Of a stretch of DNA of 64,000 nucleotides, positions 58,007 to 64,000 are shown in pieces. The stretch is from an uncultured Anaerolineales bacterium (GTDB taxonomy: Bacteria > Chloroflexota > Anaerolineae > B4-G1), in NCBI GenBank assembly GCA_964390305.1, contig CAYMHT010000003.1:10270-74269 (forward strand). The letters run 5' to 3'. Both the position numbers and the translations under genes were made by a program. The notes beneath the pieces were generated by a model. The model saw nothing but the letters and a program-made list of their open reading frames with translations, did no database searches and was not told where the DNA came from. Within the stretch, counting starts at the first letter, position 1. Each line of letters starts with the position of its first letter.

Positions 58007-61000
58007 TCAATGTGGTTCGATGATCACGTCCTTCCAGAATCTGTCGCTGATTGGTGATATGGGCAGGCTTCTCACCCACGGCTTCACCAGTAGGTGCGAT
58101 CGCATGTAGGCCAGGGGCAGGATGGGTCCTTCCTCGACCAGAATTCTGTCTGCTTCCCGGTATAGCTGTATCCGCTCCTTCTGGTCGGTGAGTCGCCGGG
58201 CTTGCTCCACGAGGTTCTGGTACTCCTTGTCTTCCCATCCGGTATAGGGGAGCACGTGGCCCATGCCCACGCGCAAGAGGTTGTCGGGATCGGGATAGTC
58301 GGCCACAAACCCCCAAAGGACGGCATGGGGCGGCGCCGTCTGGAGCCTGGCGAAGAACTGCTCCCAGTCCACGGCCTCCAACCGGGTCTCAACCCCCAGC
58401 ACGCTGCGCCACTGCTCCTGCAGGTACCTGGCTGCCACCGGAGAGAGAGGATCAAGGTGCATCATCAACGTCACCACAGGCAAGTCTCGACCACCTGGGA
58501 ACCCGGCGTCGGCCAGAAGCTGTCGCGCCTTTCGAGGATCGTATGAGCGACCCATCGCTGGCGTATGTCCTGGCATGTGCGGCGGTACCAACCCGCCAGT
58601 CGCCGGCGAACAGATCCCACGAAGGGCTACACCCGCCAGACTCTTCCGATCCGTGGCCTGCGCAAAAGCCTGGCGGACCCGCAGATCGTCGAAGGGGGCG
58701 CGGCGGAGGGAGAACGCGGCGTAAGAAGGGTAGAGCCGGGGACTGGAAACGTATTCGTCAGCGTGTCGCCGGCGCCCGCGGTCTATCTCTGCTGGTGGGT
58801 AGAACCCCATGTCCAGGAGATCCAGCCGGTCGGCCTCGTACGCCCTCAACCCGGTCGCTGGATCGTCTCCCAGCACGGTGAGTTCAATCCGTCGCAGGTT
58901 GCCCCTGACTGGTCCGTGATATCGGGGGTTGTTCGTCAGTATCATGACCTTCCCCCGCCGCCACGTGTCCGGCTTGAACGGGCCATTGGTGACAATATTC
59001 GCCACCCTCGTCCAGGCCTCACCGTGTTCCTCTACCACGTGCTGGGCCACAGGACACGTAGCGCTGTGCGCCAGCAGATGGAGGAAGTAGCCGGCGGGCT
59101 CGTCCAGCTCCACGACCAGCGTAGCCCCGTCGCGAGCTCGCACCGCGACGCAGTCCGGATCCGCCGACTCTCCCAGGTGGTAGGCTCTGGCTCCCTTGAT
59201 GTCGTACAGCAGCGTAGCGTTGGGGGAGCCGGCCGCCGGATCCAACACCCGCTTCCAGGCGTACTCGAAGTCCGTTGCCAGTACCGGCGTTCCGTCGCTC
59301 CAGTGAACGTCGTCTCGCAGATGGAACACGTACCGAAGTCCCTGATCCAGAATCTCCCAGCTCCGAGCCAGGTCGGGCACCACATTCATCTTGGGACCGT
59401 GCTCTACCAGCCCGCTGAAGAGTTGTTCCAACACGAGAACAGAAAACACGTCGCCGCCCGCAGCTGGGTCCAGGCTCATCGTGCGATCCTGCCAAGACAT
59501 TCGGAGAGTATGAACGGCGGGTGGCGAGACCGCTTCTTCCGTCGTCGTCGCCCGCTGCCAGAAGGCGAACCCTTGCTCGTAAGCTCTTTGGGCTGCAGCG
59601 AACCTGAAGCAGTTGTGATAGGTCAGTCCCATCTTCATCAGCGTCCGTGCCGCGCGCCTGTACCGCCCCTGCTCCTTGAGCAGAGCCAGCCCCCGTTGGT
59701 AGTAGTCGATCGCCTCCTGGCAGGCGTACACCTGGCGGGCCTGATCTCCTGCCAGCGACAGGTAATGGATCGCCTTGTCCGTCAGCGTGTCGTCCAGTTG
59801 CCGCCCGTGTTCGAAGTGGAAGGCCAATGCGCCGGCCTGGGCTTCGGCCTCTCGGTCGTACAACCTTTCCATCGTCCTTCCAACCAAGCCGTGCACGTGT
59901 TGCCGCCGCCGTCGTTCCATCCCGGCGTAGACCACCTCCCGGATCTTGTGATGGGTGAATGCGTAATCGCAGCCCATCGCCCCGTGGCTCTCTTCGAGCA
60001 ATCGATGTCGCAGCAACTCATCGAGGGCCTCGAGCGTCGCCTCGACGCCCCGGCCCCAGATCGCATCGAGCAGATCGAAACTGAACTCGGTCCCCAGCAC
60101 GGCTGCCATCCGCAGCGCGTCGCTCGACTCCTCCCTCAGGGGCTCCACGCGAGCCTCTACGACCTCGCGCACACCGGCAGGCAACGGAAGTGGACGTGCA
60201 CTGATGCGGGCGAAATCGCCCTGCCAGGCACCTCCCTCCAGCCGCAGTTCGCCCGCCTGGAAGAGCGCCCGGATCGTCTCTATCAGGAACAGAGGGTTGC
60301 CCAACGTCTCTCGGTGGAGCTGGCGCGCCAACGGTGCGATCGCCTGGCCCGCTCCTGACACGTCCTGCAGGAGCACTTCGGTCGCCTCCAGCGAGAGGCG
60401 CGATAGACGCAGCTGGTCGATCAGGTCCTCCTGGGCTAGCTGCCGCCGCAGGCCCAAGAGCGGGTGACTGGGTCTGGTTGCCTCGGATCGGAAAGTACCG
60501 ACTGCTAGAATCGGGTGACCGGGCAGGCGGCGGGCCAGGTAGTGGACCAGCGCCAGGGTCGACTCGGGAGCCCAGTGAAGGTCCTCCAAGGTAACTAGAA
60601 GAGGGCCGTGGGACGCTAGCTCGGTCAAGAGAACCGTCATCGCGTCAAAGAGACGGGCCTGCTCCTGCCCTGCCGGTGCGGCCGAGACCGCATGCCCCGC
60701 ATCCCTTTCAGGCCTCTGTTTCGATCCCAGGCGTTCTTTGCTCGAGACAGCCTTGTCCGACATCTCCGGCACCAGGCGGGCCACCGCCTCCAGGGTCCAG
60801 ACAGGGAGGTCCCTCAATTCAGCTCCGTTCAGGGCCGGGAGGACGCTTCGCAGTGCCTCCGTAAAGGGCTGGTATGGGAGCTCCCGCTCGAACTCATAGC
60901 AGCGTCCCCGCAGCACCCGTGCGCCTTTCCAGCGCGCTCGGCGTGAGAACGCCTCGACAAGACGGGTCTTACCCACGCCGGCCTCGCCTCTGATGAGCAC

Positions 61001-61930
61001 AAGCCCGCCTGATCCTGCCCTGGCCCGTTGCCAGCGCTTGCGGAAGAAGTCCAACTCTCTTTCCCTGCCTACCAGCGGCGTGGAAAGGGCGGCGTCGAGA
61101 GGGTTGCGTCCTGGAGTGATCACGGTCTCTCCCACCGACTCCTCGATGGAGGCAACGTCGCGTTCAGGACCGAGCGGAAAGCGACCATCCCGGATCTCGT
61201 GGTACAGCTCGGTGGTCTCCGCCGTGGGATCCACGCCCAGCGCCTGCTGCAGATTCTCCTGACAGCGGGCGTACTGCTCCAGTGCGGCGTTGCGACGGCC
61301 CAGCCGGCAGTAGGCCCGCATCGCGGCGCGGTGCGCCCCCTCCCGCAGCGGGTCCTGGTGAAGCAGCCGCATGGCCGTGGTCAGCATGGCTGCATAGTCT
61401 CCTCTGCCTCCGCGATGCGCCATCACCCGCTCAAGGATCTCCGCAAAGCGAGCCTCCAACCGGTACCGTTCGTTGATGATCCAGTCGTCGTAGAAGCCGT
61501 CCAGGAAATCCCCGCGGTAGAGCGCTATGGCTGACTCCAGGCTCCCTATCTCCTCACCCGAGGCCTGATTCTCAAATTCCTCCACATCAAGCCACAGATC
61601 CGCCTGAGGATCAAACTGAACAGTGTGTAGATCGCTGACGATGAGTTCTTCGTCGGGGAGGCAGCGGCGGATGTGCCATAGGGCCGTCGAGAGGGAGCTT
61701 CGCGCCTTCTGTTCTGGTCGGTCGCCCCAGAACATCCCTGCCAGGCGCTCGCGGGGTTGCGGTTGATCACGTTGGAGAACCAGGTAGGCCAGCAGCGACT
61801 GCGACTTGAGCGTGGGGGGCTTGGGCAGCTGACGGTCGCCGGAGCGGATGTCCAGCGGCCCGAAGAGACGGATCTGCAGGATGGTCACGGCTTCCCTCCA
61901 TTGCCGCAGGTGCGACGCGGCACCGTCCAC
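58007..61930 (-). CDS. SARP/AfsR-family regulator (wHTH+BTAD) fused to NB-ARC/AAA ATPase, TPR repeats and a C-terminal family-5 solute-binding domain (SBP_bac_5)
   Basis: N-terminus has the SARP signature (LQIRLFGPLDI..., LLAYLVL, ALYRGDFLDG) and a P-loop ([10 protein letters not shown]). TPR region follows, then a ~500-aa DppA/OppA-like SBP_bac_5 domain (HWSDGTPVLATDFEYAWKRVLDP, NGPFKPDTWRRGKVMILTNNPRYHG, RVRQAFAQATDR). No signal peptide. Confidence 0.75.
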   Translation of the reverse strand: MDGAASHLRQWREAVTILQIRLFGPLDIRSGDRQLPKPPTLKSQSLLAYLVLQRDQPQPRERLAGMFWGDRPEQKARSSLSTALWHIRRCLPDEELIVSDLHTVQFDPQADLWLDVEEFENQASGEEIGSLESAIALYRGDFLDGFYDDWIINERYRLEARFAEILERVMAHRGGRGDYAAMLTTAMRLLHQDPLREGAHRAAMRAYCRLGRRNAALEQYARCQENLQQALGVDPTAETTELYHEIRDGRFPLGPERDVASIEESVGETVITPGRNPLDAALSTPLVGRERELDFFRKRWQRARAGSGGLVLIRGEAGVGKTRLVEAFSRRARWKGARVLRGRCYEFERELPYQPFTEALRSVLPALNGAELRDLPVWTLEAVARLVPEMSDKAVSSKERLGSKQRPERDAGHAVSAAPAGQEQARLFDAMTVLLTELASHGPLLVTLEDLHWAPESTLALVHYLARRLPGHPILAVGTFRSEATRPSHPLLGLRRQLAQEDLIDQLRLSRLSLEATEVLLQDVSGAGQAIAPLARQLHRETLGNPLFLIETIRALFQAGELRLEGGAWQGDFARISARPLPLPAGVREVVEARVEPLREESSDALRMAAVLGTEFSFDLLDAIWGRGVEATLEALDELLRHRLLEESHGAMGCDYAFTHHKIREVVYAGMERRRRQHVHGLVGRTMERLYDREAEAQAGALAFHFEHGRQLDDTLTDKAIHYLSLAGDQARQVYACQEAIDYYQRGLALLKEQGRYRRAARTLMKMGLTYHNCFRFAAAQRAYEQGFAFWQRATTTEEAVSPPAVHTLRMSWQDRTMSLDPAAGGDVFSVLVLEQLFSGLVEHGPKMNVVPDLARSWEILDQGLRYVFHLRDDVHWSDGTPVLATDFEYAWKRVLDPAAGSPNATLLYDIKGARAYHLGESADPDCVAVRARDGATLVVELDEPAGYFLHLLAHSATCPVAQHVVEEHGEAWTRVANIVTNGPFKPDTWRRGKVMILTNNPRYHGPVRGNLRRIELTVLGDDPATGLRAYEADRLDLLDMGFYPPAEIDRGRRRHADEYVSSPRLYPSYAAFSLRRAPFDDLRVRQAFAQATDRKSLAGVALRGICSPATGGLVPPHMPGHTPAMGRSYDPRKARQLLADAGFPGGRDLPVVTLMMHLDPLSPVAARYLQEQWRSVLGVETRLEAVDWEQFFARLQTAPPHAVLWGFVADYPDPDNLLRVGMGHVLPYTGWEDKEYQNLVEQARRLTDQKERIQLYREADRILVEEGPILPLAYMRSHLLVKPWVRSLPISPISDRFWKDVIIEPH

Positions 61931-62120
61931 ATTCGCATTCTATCATGCCGCATGGGCAGCGTCAAGGCTCGGTTCGTCGAAGCCCTCGAGCCCGTTGACG
62001 TATCGGGGCGTCGCTGACCGGATTCCTGGAAGCCGATTCGCGGCGATTCAGCGCGAGGTCACGGAGAGGGTCTTTGACTGGCCGATAGTGCGTGCCCCAG
62101 GGTGCCTTTGCGCGAGCCCG

Positions 62121-63563
62121 CTACTGTCGCACCAGCACATACCGTCCGCGGGTGGTCTGCGAGGTGGCGGTATAGAGGTAGGTTGCCGGGCCGACGAAGA
62201 CGAGGTCTCCGTGGCCGATGCCCCAGTTGTTTGACACGTCCATGATCACTGGGTTGCCCGGATATTTCTCCCAAGGGCCGTCGATAGCCGGTCCCACGCT
62301 GCGGGCGAAGCCGAGCGCAAACTGATCGTCCACGACGGTTGGCTCGCTGGGGCCGCGCACTCCTTCGTACGTCATGTAGTAACGTTCGCCCAGGCGCACC
62401 ACGTCGGCTGAGGAGATGGTGCGGAACTCGAAGTAGGGGTTGGCGTCGGCTCCTCGCGCGTCGAGCGGACCGTACCCGTTCTCCGCACCGAACAGGGGGT
62501 TGGAGGCGCACTTGCGCAGGCCCGCCGCCCCGTCAGCTTTGCTCCCAACGTAGCAGCCCATGTGGCCCGGATCTCGGCCCAGGCCGACGAATACGTACAG
62601 GAGATCCCCCTCCACGATGACTCCCGGTGGTGCGCCGACCAGGCAGTCGCCGAACTCGGTCTCGGCGTAGATATTGGGGTGATCCCCGATCGATTCGTCC
62701 TCTGTGCACGGTCTCGTCGCGGACTCCCACTGCCCGGTGCCCGGCACGTGCGTCTCAGCTCCCCAGTGGATGCCGTCAGGCGAGGTGCGAAGATAGACAC
62801 CGGCGCCCCATTCGTACACGATGTAGGCACGAGCGGTATCGAAGAAGACGCGGGGATACTGCTGCTGTCCTGTGTGATCACGCTCTTGACGGCACGGGCA
62901 GCTGCTGCACGGAAAAAGACAGACCGGCCTCTCCAGCGAGAAATGGACCCCGCCGTCGTGACTCTTCCACAGTGTGACGCATCCCGGGAAAGGGGCCGGA
63001 TTCCCGCACGAATCAACGACCCCTGCCGACCTGTAACTGGCGTGGAGGTACGACCAAAACTCGCCCCCGCCTCGATAGACCGTGTCGGATTCACCGACCG
63101 GCAGGCCCACGTCGTGTGTCTCCACCACCCACTCAGCGGCCCCTGCCCAGAACTCGTCGAGCGTCGCAAAGCTGCGCCCGGGCGGTGGAACGGGCACGAA
63201 GGCCTGGGCGGTGGGAGTCGGCGGCATCGTGGGCGGTGGGGGTGGCTCCGTCGGCGAAGGTGTCACGAGCGCCGGGGTGACAGTTGGCGCCACTCGAGTG
63301 GGCATCAGCGTGGCTGTTGGTGTTGGTGCGGGCGTCGGTGTACTCGCGGGCGGGGGGCTGGGCTTCGGCAGAGGAGACGCTGTTGCAAGTGGTACGTGGG
63401 TCGCGGTGGCAGGGGGCAGGGCCGTAGTCGTCGCCTGGACTGTCGGACCCACTCCTGAACCTGCTGTGGGCCCGCGGGGTGGGTTCGAGCCACAACTGGC
63501 CGGAGCGAGCAAGGCGAGCATCAACAGAACGGTAACCGGCATAACACGGCGTCGATCTCCCAT
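62121..63563 (-). CDS. Secreted/lipoprotein with Pro/Thr-rich linker and beta-propeller-like C-terminal domain (hypothetical)
   Basis: Signal peptide with a lipobox-like LLAPASCGS, a ~110-aa PT-rich linker, then a ~330-aa globular domain with GH43/sialidase-like propeller character (weak). Confidence 0.5.
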   Translation of the reverse strand: MGDRRRVMPVTVLLMLALLAPASCGSNPPRGPTAGSGVGPTVQATTTALPPATATHVPLATASPLPKPSPPPASTPTPAPTPTATLMPTRVAPTVTPALVTPSPTEPPPPPTMPPTPTAQAFVPVPPPGRSFATLDEFWAGAAEWVVETHDVGLPVGESDTVYRGGGEFWSYLHASYRSAGVVDSCGNPAPFPGCVTLWKSHDGGVHFSLERPVCLFPCSSCPCRQERDHTGQQQYPRVFFDTARAYIVYEWGAGVYLRTSPDGIHWGAETHVPGTGQWESATRPCTEDESIGDHPNIYAETEFGDCLVGAPPGVIVEGDLLYVFVGLGRDPGHMGCYVGSKADGAAGLRKCASNPLFGAENGYGPLDARGADANPYFEFRTISSADVVRLGERYYMTYEGVRGPSEPTVVDDQFALGFARSVGPAIDGPWEKYPGNPVIMDVSNNWGIGHGDLVFVGPATYLYTATSQTTRGRYVLVRQ

Positions 63564-63660
63564 GTTGGCTCAGGAGTCTAGCCCATGAAGGGCGGAAGGG
63601 CAAGCACTGATGGTGCGGCCGATCTGCGGATTCGTCGTGCCCTCAGCGCACTGCCCGGTA

Positions 63661-63691
63661 ACAACAAAAAGGGAGCCAACGAGTGGCTCCC
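63661..63691 (-). terminator. Intrinsic terminator downstream of rplT
   Basis: Minus strand reads GGGAGCCACTCGTTGGCTCCC followed by TTTTTGTTGTT. Confidence 0.65.
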
Positions 63692-63715
63692 TATGCGCCG
63701 CTTGCATGTCCGAAG

Positions 63716-64000
63716 TTAGGCGATCGCGTCCTTCGCCACGTGAACGATCTCCGCGAACGCGTCACGGTCCCGGACAGCGAGATCGGCCAGAATCTTCCGA
63801 TCCAGGGCCACGTTTGCTTCCTTCAGCCCGTGGATGAAACGGCTGTAGGGCATTCCGTTCTGTCGGGCCGCTGCGTTGATGCGTGTGATCCACAGCCGCC
63901 GGAGATCGCGCCGGCGCTGTCGTCGGTCACGGTAGGCATACCACTGGGACTTCATCCAGGCTTCGTTGGCCCGGCGGAAAAGATCATGCCGCGTTCCCCA
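63716..64000 (-). CDS. rplT: 50S ribosomal protein L20 (3' portion; start lies beyond window end)
   Basis: [26 protein letters not shown] signature; the frame is open to nt 64000. Confidence 0.85.
   Translation of the reverse strand, partial: WGTRHDLFRRANEAWMKSQWYAYRDRRQRRRDLRRLWITRINAAARQNGMPYSRFIHGLKEANVALDRKILADLAVRDRDAFAEIVHVAKDAIA

Noticed and set aside
58565-60358. 597-aa ORF antisense to the SARP-AAA-TPR-SBP gene (also 5190..6515, 51643..52875, 62562..63458, 16418..17482, 9646..10524, 4304..5128 antisense ORFs)
   Set aside because: All lie opposite genes with clear domain signatures and have Arg/Pro/Gly-rich low-complexity translations, so they are not credible genes.

Overview
High-GC (~64%) bacterial chromosomal segment with Chloroflexi/Thermomicrobia-like gene content, about 50 genes, dense and mostly operonic. 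No rRNA, tRNA, CRISPR array, transposase or integrase was recognised.

Start to end:
1. A 5'-partial GAF sensor histidine kinase.
2. A minus-strand operon: wHTH regulator, B12-binding radical SAM, TldD, TldE/PmbA, HypA.
3. RicT.
4. A methylotrophy-type module: a pterin-binding methyltransferase plus two intact (non-pyrrolysine) MttB-superfamily methyltransferases.
5. A stress/proteostasis island: L25/Ctc, a CbpA-like DnaJ, HtrA, an eRF1/Pelota-like protein, tandem clpB and clpC-like genes, DegV, a Ser/Thr kinase-PP2C pair, an OmpR regulator, two Hsp20 genes, a Zn-ribbon cold-shock protein, an RsbV/RsbW/multi-GAF-PP2C partner-switching module, Lon.
6. A cell-envelope glycan cluster: GT4, GtrA, two Wzy_C proteins, UDP-xylose synthase.
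7. A second B12 radical SAM enzyme.
8. A LexA (Cheo-box) controlled radical-SAM/HhH DNA-repair gene.
9. An LPXTG-anchored protein.
10. A 1307-aa SARP-AAA-TPR protein fused to a family-5 solute-binding domain.
11. A PT-linker secreted protein.
12. The 3' part of rplT.

Most novel candidates:
- An uncharacterised eRF1/Pelota-like bacterial protein, with the GGQ loop replaced by GGHG and a C-terminal zinc ribbon, that closes a cbpA-htrA operon directly upstream of clpB/clpC.
- The SARP-AAA-TPR-SBP_bac_5 fusion regulator.
- The regulator/B12-rSAM/TldD/TldE/HypA operon.

Several promoters, intrinsic terminators, operator-like repeats and one low-GC orphan gene are also noted.

All protein identifications are from motif and architecture recognition by eye, not from database searches.
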